Assembly: GCA_031362685.1 (NCBI GenBank) | Contig: JANLSZ010000354.1 | Span: forward strand, 1,139-65,138 | Reading direction: 5' to 3' | DNA from: Vicinamibacteria bacterium | Lineage (GTDB): Bacteria; Acidobacteriota; Vicinamibacteria; Fen-336; JAGNNV01 | Length of the DNA: 64,000 nucleotides | Shown here: positions 28,251 through 37,504 of the stretch, piece after piece | How the letters are laid out: the number at the start of each line of letters is the position of its first letter | Numbering within the stretch: position 1 is the first letter of the stretch | Notes under the pieces: generated by a model | The model's database searches: none | Told to the model about the DNA's origin: nothing | What the model saw: the letters and a program-made list of their open reading frames with translations, nothing else | Made by a program: the position numbers and the translations under genes

Positions 28251-28509
28251 AAGGGACCTGCCTCGCTCGCGAGCGCGCCAGCCTGCCCTCGGGGTATGAC
28301 GGAGGCAATTTGGATCTTATTTAGGGAAGTTTTGCGGCCTCTTAGGGACTTCATACCCCGCTGACCTCTACCTTGTGGGTGCGATTGGAACTCGCACCCG
28401 ACCAAGGAGGTCACATGGAAACAGTGAGCGCCCGCCGTGCCCGGAAGCAAACCTGCTCCGGTGTCTCGTCCCCCATGACCTTCCCGGCGACCGGGTCAGG
28501 GAGGCCTGT

Positions 28510-28971
28510 ATGGAACTCCTGAGCCTCGCCGGAATCTACGCGGGAACGTTCCTCTTCTGCGCCATGAGCGGGATCGTTCCGCTCATGAATTCGGAACTCT
28601 TCATGCTCTACCTCGGCTCCACCGCGAGCCACTCCCAGTTTCCGGCGCTGATCATCCTCGCCGCTCTCGGACAGATGTCCGCCAAGGTTGTCCTCTACTA
28701 CGCCGGCCGGGGCGTGCTCAAGCTCCCGCTGGGGCGCGGCCAGACGAAGATCGAAGCCTTGCGCGCCCGCTTGTCGAAGAGCGGCAAGGCGACAGGAGGC
28801 ATCACCTTCGTAAGCGCCCTCACCGGCCTTCCCTCCTTCTACGCAATCAGCGTCATCGCCGGAACCCTCGGCTGGCCGCTCTCTCGCTTCCTCGCGTGGG
28901 GAGTCACCGGACGGATGCTGCGTTTCTCCGTCCTGCTCTTCCTCCCCGGAATCGTGAAAGGAATCCTGTGA
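28510..28971 (+). CDS. YqaA/DedA-like (VTT-domain) small membrane protein
   Basis: 154 aa with 4 hydrophobic segments. ...GIVPLMNSELFMLYLG... and ...VVLYYAGRG... resemble YqaA. The start was moved from the listed 28375 to ATG 28510. Confidence 0.5.
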   Translation: MELLSLAGIYAGTFLFCAMSGIVPLMNSELFMLYLGSTASHSQFPALIILAALGQMSAKVVLYYAGRGVLKLPLGRGQTKIEALRARLSKSGKATGGITFVSALTGLPSFYAISVIAGTLGWPLSRFLAWGVTGRMLRFSVLLFLPGIVKGIL

Positions 28972-29897
28972 TGAACCACCCGAACATTTTCGCCGCGCTC
29001 GCCCTCTCGCTCCTCGTCGCCGCCGAATCCCGGGCGAACGACACCGAGACTCGCTGCCTCGTCACCGCCCCCGGCGAATGCCTGCAGGTGACCATCTCCG
29101 GAAAGGGCCAGGATGTCGTGCTGATCCCCGGGCTCTTCGGATCCGCCTTCGCGTTCCGCAACGTCATTCCGCTGTTCACCGCGGCCGGATATCGGACGAT
29201 CGTGGTCGAGCCCCTCGGCGTCGGCTCCTCCGCGCGTCCTCCCAAGGCGGACTACAGCCTCACCGCGCAGGCCGACCGCATTCAGAAGGCGCTCGACGCG
29301 CTCGACGTCAAGGACGCCATCCTGGTCTCTCACTCGATCGGAACCTCGATGGCGCTCCACCTCGCCTACCGGCACCCCGATCAAATCCGCGCGGTGGTGT
29401 CGCTCGAGGGCGGCCCCGCCGAAGAAGTGTCGACGCCGGGATTCCGGCGCGCCATGATGCTGGCGCCCATCCTCAAGCTGTTCGGTGGAAGCCGCATGAT
29501 TCGCGGGAAGGTCCACGGGATGCTGGTCGAACGATCCGCGAACCCGGCCTGGGTGACGGACGAGATCGTGGCGGGCTACACCACGGGCGCGGCCCGGGAC
29601 ATGGGCGCCACCCTCGACGCCTTCTCGCAGATGTCGAAGGCGCGCGAGCCGGAACCGCTCGCCCCCCGACTGGCCGAAGTCCGATGTCCGGTGCGACTGG
29701 TCCTCGGTGCTTCGCCCCACGCCGGTGGCCCGTCGGACGCCGAAATCCGTCTGCTTCAAACCAGCCTGACCTCTTTCAGCATCGCGCGCGTCCCCGGCTC
29801 CGGACATTTCCTCTTCGAGGAAGCGCCCGTGGCCGTAGTGGACGCGGTGGACGAAATGGCCCGCGCCCCGCGCGGCAACCGTAAGGCGGAGAACTGA
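28971..29897 (+). CDS. Secreted alpha/beta-fold hydrolase
   Basis: Has a signal peptide, the nucleophile elbow VSHSIGT (GxSxG-like) and a C-terminal GSGHFLFEE. The ATG overlaps the upstream TGA (TGATG). Confidence 0.75.
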   Translation: MNHPNIFAALALSLLVAAESRANDTETRCLVTAPGECLQVTISGKGQDVVLIPGLFGSAFAFRNVIPLFTAAGYRTIVVEPLGVGSSARPPKADYSLTAQADRIQKALDALDVKDAILVSHSIGTSMALHLAYRHPDQIRAVVSLEGGPAEEVSTPGFRRAMMLAPILKLFGGSRMIRGKVHGMLVERSANPAWVTDEIVAGYTTGAARDMGATLDAFSQMSKAREPEPLAPRLAEVRCPVRLVLGASPHAGGPSDAEIRLLQTSLTSFSIARVPGSGHFLFEEAPVAVVDAVDEMARAPRGNRKAEN

Positions 29898-29898
29898 T

Positions 29899-31191
29899 AT
29901 GAAACCCCGAAACATCGAACTCCTCGTCGACTCCGGCGACTACTTCCGCCGCATGAAGGAAGACGTGGCATCGGCCCAGAACTACGTCCTGACTCAGGCC
30001 CTCTCCTTCGAGGGAGACGCGGTGGGTCTGAGCATGGGCGATCTGATGCTCGCCTCCAAGGCCCCGGACCGGCGCGTCGTCATCGACAGCTTCACCCGGC
30101 ACGTGGTGAACGACCGTCTGGTCTGGACGCCGCGCAACCTGCTCGATCGAGGCCTTCGGGCCGAGGTCCGGGAGACCAGGCACATGATCGATCGGCTACG
30201 GAGCGGCGGTGTCGGAGTCCGCTTCTCCGGCCCCGCGGGGCGGTTCCTCGAACGCCTGCCTGCACGCAACCACAAGAAGCTGGTGGCGGTGGACGACCGG
30301 GTCGCCTACGTGGGCGGCATCAACTTCTCGGATCACAACTTCCTCTGGCACGACCTGATGCTCCGGGTCGAAGACCCCGGTTTCGTCCGGTTCCTCCGGG
30401 AAGACTTCGAAGGGACCTGGAACGGGAGGCAGCGGGCGGCCCAGTGGGCTATGCCGGGCCTGGTCCTCCACAGCCTCGACGGCGAAACCAACGAAGATGC
30501 CTTCGCCCGCGTGTTCGCGCTCATCGATGCCGCGAAGGAAAGCCTCTTCGTCGAATGCCCTTACGTCAACGGTCCCTTCCTGTACCGGCTCGCGGCCGCG
30601 CGCCGCCGGGGCGTCTCCGTCACCGTGGTGACGCCTTTGAACAACAACTTCGCACTGTGCCGCGACGCCATGGTCTGGCATGCCGCGAACTCCGGGTTCG
30701 ACGTCCGCTTCTACCCGGACCGGATGACGCACATGAAGGCCCTGCTGGTGGACGGGAGCGTCCTGGTGGTGGGATCGGCGAACTTCGACGTGCTGAGCTA
30801 CCGGTTCCAGCAGGAGTTCATGGTCATCGTCACCGATCGAGACCTGGTCGCGGATTTCGCGAAGAGGGTGGTCGAGGAGGACCTGCGCCGATCGACACCG
30901 TGCCGCCGCGTTCAAGGATCGATGGCGGCCCGGATCACCGCGATGAGGCTTGAGGCCCTCGACCAGCTGTCGGCGCTGTGGAGGATGGCCCTGCCCCCTG
31001 CGCCTGTCCTTGCCGTACGAGGACCGAGCAACCAGAGGCCTGGGGGGGCAGGTCCGTGCACCCCCCCAGCGTCAACGGTGGTAGCATCCCTGCTCCCTGA
31101 GAGGACTCTCACCCATTACGCAACCGGGTCGAGGACGCCCTCTTGGAACTTCAAGAACCCCCAATGGAGGACTTTCACCACGTGTCGTTGA
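29899..31191 (+). CDS. Phospholipase D / cardiolipin-synthase-like protein (two HKD motifs)
   Basis: The two HKD motifs are HKKLVAVDDRVAYVGGINFSDHN and HMKALLVDGSVLVVGSANFD. Confidence 0.8.
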   Translation: MKPRNIELLVDSGDYFRRMKEDVASAQNYVLTQALSFEGDAVGLSMGDLMLASKAPDRRVVIDSFTRHVVNDRLVWTPRNLLDRGLRAEVRETRHMIDRLRSGGVGVRFSGPAGRFLERLPARNHKKLVAVDDRVAYVGGINFSDHNFLWHDLMLRVEDPGFVRFLREDFEGTWNGRQRAAQWAMPGLVLHSLDGETNEDAFARVFALIDAAKESLFVECPYVNGPFLYRLAAARRRGVSVTVVTPLNNNFALCRDAMVWHAANSGFDVRFYPDRMTHMKALLVDGSVLVVGSANFDVLSYRFQQEFMVIVTDRDLVADFAKRVVEEDLRRSTPCRRVQGSMAARITAMRLEALDQLSALWRMALPPAPVLAVRGPSNQRPGGAGPCTPPASTVVASLLPERTLTHYATGSRTPSWNFKNPQWRTFTTCR

Positions 31192-31694
31192 TGTCGGAAG
31201 ATGAGAAGCCATGGAAGCGCGACCTGGTTCGCACAGCCGCAAACCGGCGTGAACAAGTTGCAACACAACTCGAGACGGATATTCAGGCCGCGCCCTCGTT
31301 CGAAGAAGCGCTTCGACTCGCGGTAGACACCCTCAAGAAGAAGTTCGCCCGCTACACCGCAGTGTCGGCGTACGTGGCCGACGGCGAGGATCTGGCCATG
31401 CTGACCGCGGCCAATCGCCCGGCCGGTCCCGAGCGCGTCGGGTCGGGTGGACCGCTGGCGGACGCGGCGCGGAATCCACGATCGACAATGATCTCGAACA
31501 TCACGGAAGAGAGCGCCTGGAAAGCGGTCGGGCTGACCGTGGGTTCGCTCCTCATTGCCCCGGTCAGAACCGACGCGGGACTCTGGGCCATCCTCGAAGT
31601 GTGGAGCGATTTCCGCGATTCGTTCACGCCCCAGGATCAGCGTTTGCTTGAGCGAGTCGCCACCGCGCTCGGCAAGAAGACGCCGGCCGCCTAA
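31191..31694 (+). CDS. GAF-domain protein
   Basis: YTAVSAYVADGEDLAMLTA...LLIAPVRTDAGLWAILEVWSD...FTPQDQRLLERVA is a GAF-like pattern. The ORF is listed from 31143. ATG 31191 overlaps the PLD stop, and ATG 31164 is also possible. Confidence 0.55.
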   Translation: MSEDEKPWKRDLVRTAANRREQVATQLETDIQAAPSFEEALRLAVDTLKKKFARYTAVSAYVADGEDLAMLTAANRPAGPERVGSGGPLADAARNPRSTMISNITEESAWKAVGLTVGSLLIAPVRTDAGLWAILEVWSDFRDSFTPQDQRLLERVATALGKKTPAA

Positions 31695-31718
31695 GTCGTT
31701 CGCTTGCGGGAGGGCCCG

Positions 31719-32609
31719 ATGACCAGCTTTCTCGAAGGCATCATCCCTCCGCTCATCACGCCCTTCGAGGCGGACGGGCGGCTCGACCTCGTGGGGTACG
31801 AATCAAACGTCGAATCGTACGCCGCGTGCGACTTCTCCGGCCTGCTCGTTCTCGGCAGCAACGGCGAAGCCGCTTGTCTCTCGGAAGACGAGAAGGTCGC
31901 CGTCATCAAGGCCGCAGTGGCGAAGTCCAACGGTCGCCCCATCCTCGCGGGCACGGGAACCGACTCGACGCGCACCACGGTTGAGTTGACGAAGAAGGCC
32001 GCCGACGCCGGGGCCACCGCGGCTCTCATCCTCAATCCCTTCTTCTTCAAGAGTCACCTCAACGGAGAAGCGCTGCGCCGTCACTACGAAGCGGTCGCGG
32101 ATGTTTCACGGATCCCGGTCCTGCTCTACTCGATGCCGGGAGCCACTGGCCTGGCCATTCCGCCGAACGTGGTTCATCAGCTCGCAAAGCATCTGAACAT
32201 CCGCGGCATGAAGGACTCGAGCGGCGATATCGCCAACCTGCAAAAGATTCTGGCCGGGGTGCCCAAAGAGTTCCCTCTGGTCGCGGGATCGGCCCCGGTC
32301 CTGTACTCGGCGCTCGGCCTGGGCGCATCGGGCGGCGTGGTTGCCGTCGCGGGTTGCGCTCCCGAGGTCACGACCGCGCTCTACCGGGCCTTCAAGGCGG
32401 GCGATCACGTCCGCGCCCGACGACTGCAGCTCGCTCTGACCCCTCTCGCCATCGCCGTCACGGCAACGTACGGAGTCGCGGGCCTGAAGGCCGCGGTCAC
32501 CCTCTCCGGACGCCGGGGCGGCATTCCGCGGCCGCCCCTGGCCACCGCGACCGAGGCCGAAGTCACGGAGATCAAGCGTTTGATGGACGCCACCCGGGCC
32601 GCGCTGTAG
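31719..32609 (+). CDS. Dihydrodipicolinate synthase/N-acetylneuraminate lyase family (DapA-like) aldolase
   Basis: Contains IIPPLITPF, GLLVLGSNGEAACLSEDEK, GTGTDSTRTTVELTK and MKDSSGD (Schiff-base Lys context). Substrate specificity is not callable from sequence alone. Confidence 0.75.
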   Translation: MTSFLEGIIPPLITPFEADGRLDLVGYESNVESYAACDFSGLLVLGSNGEAACLSEDEKVAVIKAAVAKSNGRPILAGTGTDSTRTTVELTKKAADAGATAALILNPFFFKSHLNGEALRRHYEAVADVSRIPVLLYSMPGATGLAIPPNVVHQLAKHLNIRGMKDSSGDIANLQKILAGVPKEFPLVAGSAPVLYSALGLGASGGVVAVAGCAPEVTTALYRAFKAGDHVRARRLQLALTPLAIAVTATYGVAGLKAAVTLSGRRGGIPRPPLATATEAEVTEIKRLMDATRAAL

Positions 32610-32627
32610 GGGCCGGCTCTTGTGGTT

Positions 32628-32647
32628 GCCCGCGACTTTCCGCGGGC
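32628..32647. terminator. Hairpin between convergent genes (possible bidirectional terminator)
   Basis: GCCCGCG-actttc-CGCGGGC is a perfect 7-bp stem with no clear U-tract on either strand. Confidence 0.35.
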
Positions 32648-35340
32648 TAGAAGATCCAGGTCGGCGGTTTCGGGGACTTGCGTGCAATCTGCGTCTCCTC
32701 GCCGGAAGGGATTCGAACCAGGTCGATGCCCGGTCGGCCCGACATTCCTGACCCCACACACGCCTGAGCAGGAACGTTCGTCGTCGGCAGGCGGTACTGT
32801 CCCTCATGCATCAGGCGATAGACGCTGAGATAAGGCCAGTTCCCGAACGAAAGCCTTGGCCCTTCGCCCCCTGCGCGGATGTCACCGAAGATTCGAGAGC
32901 CGGGCCCGCCGCTCACGCGGATCTTGAGCTCGCCCGCGGCAAGGAGATCCTCACCAACCGGCGACCGCCAGATCTGCCGGAACGTTGTGGGGTCGCGGTG
33001 GCCTCGAAAGCTGGCGAGGCCAAACGGCGGCATTGTCGGTGTGAACGTTCCAAGCGCTTGGCCATTGACTTCAATTCGTGGTGGATTCGCCTCGCTGGCC
33101 TGAGCATCAACTAGAATCCACGCCGGGTCGACCGATGGCAAGTCGGCATTTCGGGCCGACGCCGGGCTCAGGCGGCAGGAAATTTCAAACGGCTGGTCGA
33201 GAGACACCGCCCATGCTCCGCGCGTCGTGTCGGTTCGTGAGGCCACCGTCGAACTGAGGACAAGCACACTGAAGCCCACGGCGGCCGCGAGGCCCCGCGA
33301 CCGGGCGTCGACTCCCCACATCTGAATCGCCTTGACCAGGGCGAGGCTGAGTCCAATCCACAGCAGACCCCAAACGACCGCGAGAAAGAGATCGCCCGAG
33401 ACTCCCAGTCGCGCGAACGTGACCGCAGGGAGGAGCGCTCCCACACCCGCGCAAAGGAGAGCCGCGAGGAGGAGCCGAGTGCGGACCCGATCCCGCACCA
33501 GGCGATCGATGACCAGAGAGGCGCCGATGATCGTAAAGGGCAGAGCCGGTGTCGCGTACTTGTTGAAGACGTGGTACGCGGGGTAGGTCATCGACAGCAT
33601 GACGAAGGGCAGGACAAGGATGGCGAGGCGCCCCCCGAAGAGCGCGGGAAGGCTAAGGACGAAGAGCACGACCAGGGCTCGTTGGAGCGGAACCTGAACT
33701 CCGTAGGGAAGCACGAAGGGCACCGCGAAAGGGTTGTCAGGCTGATGCCAGAGTCGATGGAGATTGGTCAGCACCGTCCGAGCGGATTCAACCGGATGCC
33801 GGGAAACGAAAAGAGCCACGTCCGCGAACGTGGATGAATGGGCGCCCTCGCCTTTCATGGCGATAAGTTCCTTCTGGTAGGTCGTGTCCTCGATCCGCAA
33901 CGGGCCTTGCCAGCCATCGCTGTCGATGTAGAGCCAGAAGCCCAGGGGATGCGGCGAGGTGTACGCGAAGAAACCGTACTGCTTGTCCAGAACGTAGGCC
34001 AGTGGCTTCGAGAAGTGTTCAGCGGCGGCCACGGGAAGGAGCGCGCTCATCGCCCCCAGCAGGGGGGCGATGAGCAGCACCGGCCGTTTCCAAAAGAGAG
34101 GGATCCAGGGCAGAACACACAGGGCCAGGGCCAGAAGAAGGAAGGAGAGACCCTGCGGGTGGAGGGCCAAACCAACCCCGATCAGAATCCCCGCACCCAG
34201 AAGGGCGCGCGGGTTGCGGTCGCGGCCCAACGTCCGCAAGGCCAGAAGGGCGGCCACGGTCCAGGCGGCGAGGATGAATGGCTCGGGCTGAACGATCCCG
34301 GGAAGGATGGAAAAACTCGGATGCAGCAAGGCGATGGCCAGGGCGACCTTCGCGGCGCGCGAGCCGATTTCGGTCTCACAGATCGAAACCAGGGCCGAGA
34401 CCGCGGTGGCCATCGCGATGGCTTGAGCGGCGTAAATGAGTCCCAGGCCACTGCCGAGGAGACGGAGCATTCCGTAGAGTAATCCCGTCGCCGGAAGCGC
34501 CAGATACGGCCGGACCTCGGCCAGGATGGGCCCAAGGTTGAACGGCGAACTCATCCGCACGAGCGCCTCCGCGAATCTGCCGCCCATTTCAAAGTAGGCC
34601 GCGGGATCCCCCAGGGGGAGCGGCTGTTCGAACCAGATGAGTTGAACGCCGGCCAGGGTGAGGGACGAGACAAACGCCGCGAGGGCCAGTCGACTGACCT
34701 GGCGTGGCCGGGGAAAGCGAGCGACCTTGATGGCCAGAACCAGGGGGACAAGGACAGCCGTGATCACGAGAGCGGGGACGAGTTGCGCGACGGCAATTCG
34801 GGCGAATGTCGCGGAGAGGGTTCCGCTGGTGATTCCAAGGAACGCGGCGAGGAGAAGGAACGCTGAAATCAACGCCGGCCACAAACCACGCGAGGCGAAG
34901 AGGACGGCCAGAACACCCAGCCCGGCCAGAATACCCGCGGGCTGGCTGGACCCGTGGACGCGCTCTATGACGAGATCATGGAGCCGGATGCGGGAGGAGG
35001 ACTCGATCAATACCCGCCCCCCCGCGCTCAGATCGAGGCGAACGCTGACCGGAGCCTCCGTGCTCGGAATGGTCCGATCCACACCGTCTCCGCGGAGCCG
35101 GATCGGGCCGGCGCCCGAGAGCCGCAGGGTCAGAGTGGAAGGTTCATTCGGAAGGTCAACACTCGCCCCTGAGCCTTCGGAGACGATTCCCGCAAGATCC
35201 AGGCGACCGCGACCAAAACCGGTGGTGAGACCGTGCCCCCCGTAGTTGGCCGGGGCGGCCATCCGGGAGCTGAGGATGGGAACAAGGGTGAGCGCGGCCA
35301 GAGCGGCCACCGATAACGTGCGGGCCGTCGGATGGGTCAA
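32647..35340 (-). CDS. Large polytopic membrane protein, GT-C (ArnT/PMT)-like candidate glycosyltransferase
   Basis: 898 aa from TTG 35340, which overlaps the upstream TGA (TTGA). It has an N-terminal signal/anchor, then a ~130-aa extracytoplasmic segment, ~14 or more TM helices and a ~200-aa C-terminal soluble domain. The family call is from architecture and context only. Confidence 0.45.
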   Translation of the reverse strand: MTHPTARTLSVAALAALTLVPILSSRMAAPANYGGHGLTTGFGRGRLDLAGIVSEGSGASVDLPNEPSTLTLRLSGAGPIRLRGDGVDRTIPSTEAPVSVRLDLSAGGRVLIESSSRIRLHDLVIERVHGSSQPAGILAGLGVLAVLFASRGLWPALISAFLLLAAFLGITSGTLSATFARIAVAQLVPALVITAVLVPLVLAIKVARFPRPRQVSRLALAAFVSSLTLAGVQLIWFEQPLPLGDPAAYFEMGGRFAEALVRMSSPFNLGPILAEVRPYLALPATGLLYGMLRLLGSGLGLIYAAQAIAMATAVSALVSICETEIGSRAAKVALAIALLHPSFSILPGIVQPEPFILAAWTVAALLALRTLGRDRNPRALLGAGILIGVGLALHPQGLSFLLLALALCVLPWIPLFWKRPVLLIAPLLGAMSALLPVAAAEHFSKPLAYVLDKQYGFFAYTSPHPLGFWLYIDSDGWQGPLRIEDTTYQKELIAMKGEGAHSSTFADVALFVSRHPVESARTVLTNLHRLWHQPDNPFAVPFVLPYGVQVPLQRALVVLFVLSLPALFGGRLAILVLPFVMLSMTYPAYHVFNKYATPALPFTIIGASLVIDRLVRDRVRTRLLLAALLCAGVGALLPAVTFARLGVSGDLFLAVVWGLLWIGLSLALVKAIQMWGVDARSRGLAAAVGFSVLVLSSTVASRTDTTRGAWAVSLDQPFEISCRLSPASARNADLPSVDPAWILVDAQASEANPPRIEVNGQALGTFTPTMPPFGLASFRGHRDPTTFRQIWRSPVGEDLLAAGELKIRVSGGPGSRIFGDIRAGGEGPRLSFGNWPYLSVYRLMHEGQYRLPTTNVPAQACVGSGMSGRPGIDLVRIPSGEETQIARKSPKPPTWIF

Positions 35341-36161
35341 TCGAGCTCCGAGTAACGGGTGAGGTGAACCTGGTGACCAGCCAGGACCTCGCGCACATCC
35401 GGCCCTTTGACCGCCGCCAGCTCCTGCTGCCACTTGAAACCCCAGGCGGGATACTGGTCATCCAGAGCCTTCTGATCGTCGCCCGGGTGGACCACGACCT
35501 CGGTAACCCCCTCCGGCAGATTCGGTATTCCTTTCAGCAGCTGCGGGCCGCTCACCCGGCCGCTGGGGGATGGAAGCCACAGGGAGTCGGGGGTCAGCAG
35601 GCCTCGGGCCCGCGCCGCCCGCTGCACGCCCTTCGCCAGTGGAGCAAGAAAGAGACTGAACTTCGTTCGTGAAGGAACCACGCGTCCACCCGCCCGAACA
35701 CCCCGGATCTGATAGTGCTCGGCCAATCTAAAAAGGATCGACCGGACCTGGGGAAAGAAGTGGGTGTGCTGATGCGAATCGACGTGGGAAATCGCCAAGC
35801 CCGCCTTCAAAACCTTCTGAATCTGGGCCCCGAGTTCCATCTCGATCTCGCGCAGGTCGATGTGTCCCTTGACCAGGCCAAGGAAGAGCTGCCGGTAGTT
35901 CTTCGGGAACTCACCTCGGGGCGCCAGGGTCTTGAGGACCTCCGGGCCCAGAAGCGGCTTCTCTTCGACCAGAGTCAGATGAATGCCGAGGTCGAGTTTC
36001 CGTCGCTTCTCCACCAAAAGGCGGGCATGGTCGAAGGCGCGGCCGCAGGCCACGATGGACGCGGAGGTGACGATGCCCTCTTCGTGGGCCTCCAGCACGC
36101 CCCGGTTGATGGCTTCGTGCAGCCCGAGATCGTCTCCGCTGACGATCAACCGACGGGTCAT
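35337..36161 (-). CDS. YdjC/ChbG-family carbohydrate deacetylase
   Basis: MTRRLIVSGDDLGLHEAINRGVLEAHEEGIVTSASIV...HVDSHQHTH are hallmark YdjC motifs. The listed ORF 35337..36956 has a spurious N-terminal extension across the next gene. Confidence 0.8.
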   Translation of the reverse strand: MTRRLIVSGDDLGLHEAINRGVLEAHEEGIVTSASIVACGRAFDHARLLVEKRRKLDLGIHLTLVEEKPLLGPEVLKTLAPRGEFPKNYRQLFLGLVKGHIDLREIEMELGAQIQKVLKAGLAISHVDSHQHTHFFPQVRSILFRLAEHYQIRGVRAGGRVVPSRTKFSLFLAPLAKGVQRAARARGLLTPDSLWLPSPSGRVSGPQLLKGIPNLPEGVTEVVVHPGDDQKALDDQYPAWGFKWQQELAAVKGPDVREVLAGHQVHLTRYSELD

Positions 36162-36799
36162 GGTCCGGGCCTCTTGGCGGTGAGGAGAAGGTGGGGCGAG
36201 GTGTAGCCGGCATCCAGGCGCTGAACCACGACCCGGTCGAATCCGATTTCGGAAAGCCTCCGCAAAAGCGCCTCCCCGCTCTCGAAATGCATGGTTTCGC
36301 CCTGGGTGATCCTGACCACCCGGGTGCTTATGAACTCCTGGATCTTCAGCCTTTCGAACTTCCATCGGGGCTCGGTTCCGATCTCCTTCAGCACAAATGT
36401 GCCTCCCGGCTTCAGTTTCTGAAAGCACGCCTGCAGGAACGAGGTCCAGGCGAGAGCGGGGACGAGATACAGCACGTCGATCAAACTTACCGCGTCGAAC
36501 CCCGATTCGGGGATGGCCTCGAGCGCGGCGAGCCGGAACTCGAGGTTCGGTCTCGTGCCCACACTGGCCTGGGCCGAGGCGATCTTGGTTTCCGAGAGAT
36601 CGATTCCGAGAATCCGCGCCCGGGGATTCCGCAAGGCCATCTCGTTGGCGACGAGGCCGTGACCGCAGCCGACATCGAGGAGAGAACCATCCCGGGGCAG
36701 AGCCTCCACCACGGGCCGCAGCGGCGCCGACCAGGCCCGAAGCCGGGTATGGAGACGCACGCCGAGCGACTGGCTTCGGTACAGCGACAAAGCCTGCAC
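36158..36799 (-). CDS. Class I SAM-dependent methyltransferase
   Basis: Motif I is LLDVGCGHG. ...ILGIDLS... and ...LKPGGTFVLKE are also present. The stop overlaps the ydjC-like start (ATGA). Confidence 0.75.
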   Translation of the reverse strand: MQALSLYRSQSLGVRLHTRLRAWSAPLRPVVEALPRDGSLLDVGCGHGLVANEMALRNPRARILGIDLSETKIASAQASVGTRPNLEFRLAALEAIPESGFDAVSLIDVLYLVPALAWTSFLQACFQKLKPGGTFVLKEIGTEPRWKFERLKIQEFISTRVVRITQGETMHFESGEALLRRLSEIGFDRVVVQRLDAGYTSPHLLLTAKRPGP

Positions 36800-36808
36800 G
36801 AGGGCCGC

Positions 36809-37504
36809 TCAGGCCACCTCGCGGCGCAGGGCTGCCATCTCGCGCAGGATCTTCACAATCACGCTGGGTGAGGACAGAGTCGAGACGCCGCGCGAGCGCG
36901 GGAAATAGTCGACGCCGATCTGGATGATGTGGGCGCCCGCCTTGCGCGCCCGGCACAGGAACTCCACGTCGATGAAGCTGCCGTCGCTCTTGAGGGCGAA
37001 CTTGTCGAGCAACTCGCGCTTGAACAGCTTGAACGAAAAGTTGACGTCCTTGATGGCAAGGCCGAACAGAGCGCGGACGAGCGAGTTGTAGAAGAAAGAG
37101 TAGATGGTCCGGAGCAGGCCTTCGGAGGTGCGGTCGAATCGGTAGGCGGAGACCACGTCGGCCTTCTGCGCCTCGAGAAGCCGCACCGCTTTCCTCACTT
37201 CATGCAGATCGAAGGGAAGGTCGGCGTCGGTGTAGAGGATCAGGTCCCTGGTCGCCACCGCGTACCCGGCGCGCAGGGTTCCCCCGAGCTTGAGATTCCT
37301 GGGATTGTGAACCACCTTGACCCGCGGGTCCTTCTGGCGGAGCGACTCGATGATCTCCGAGGTTCGATCGGTCGAGGCGTCGTTGACCAGGATGATCTCG
37401 TAGTCGTCGGTGATGGGGCGCAAGGCGTCCACCGCGGCTTCGTAGGCGCGGAGCACGTAGTCCTCTTCGTTGAAGAGGGGGAAGACGACGCTGATCGACC
37501 TCAT
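36809..37504 (-). CDS. Family-2 glycosyltransferase, polyprenyl-phosphate sugar synthase (DPM1/ArnC/GtrB-like) type
   Basis: ISVVFPLFNEEDYV...YEIILVNDASTDRT...ILYTDADLPF is a GT2 pattern with the DxD-type motif. 232 aa with no TM tail. Confidence 0.75.
   Translation of the reverse strand: MRSISVVFPLFNEEDYVLRAYEAAVDALRPITDDYEIILVNDASTDRTSEIIESLRQKDPRVKVVHNPRNLKLGGTLRAGYAVATRDLILYTDADLPFDLHEVRKAVRLLEAQKADVVSAYRFDRTSEGLLRTIYSFFYNSLVRALFGLAIKDVNFSFKLFKRELLDKFALKSDGSFIDVEFLCRARKAGAHIIQIGVDYFPRSRGVSTLSSPSVIVKILREMAALRREVA

Noticed and set aside
36162-36956. N-terminal extension of the YdjC-like ORF (listed 35337..36956). Analogous extensions occur on 40619..42046 and 36809..37687.
   Set aside because: The extensions run across neighbouring genes in other frames and have no domain content. 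Internal ATGs with family-typical N-termini and 4-nt start/stop overlaps give consistent gene models.
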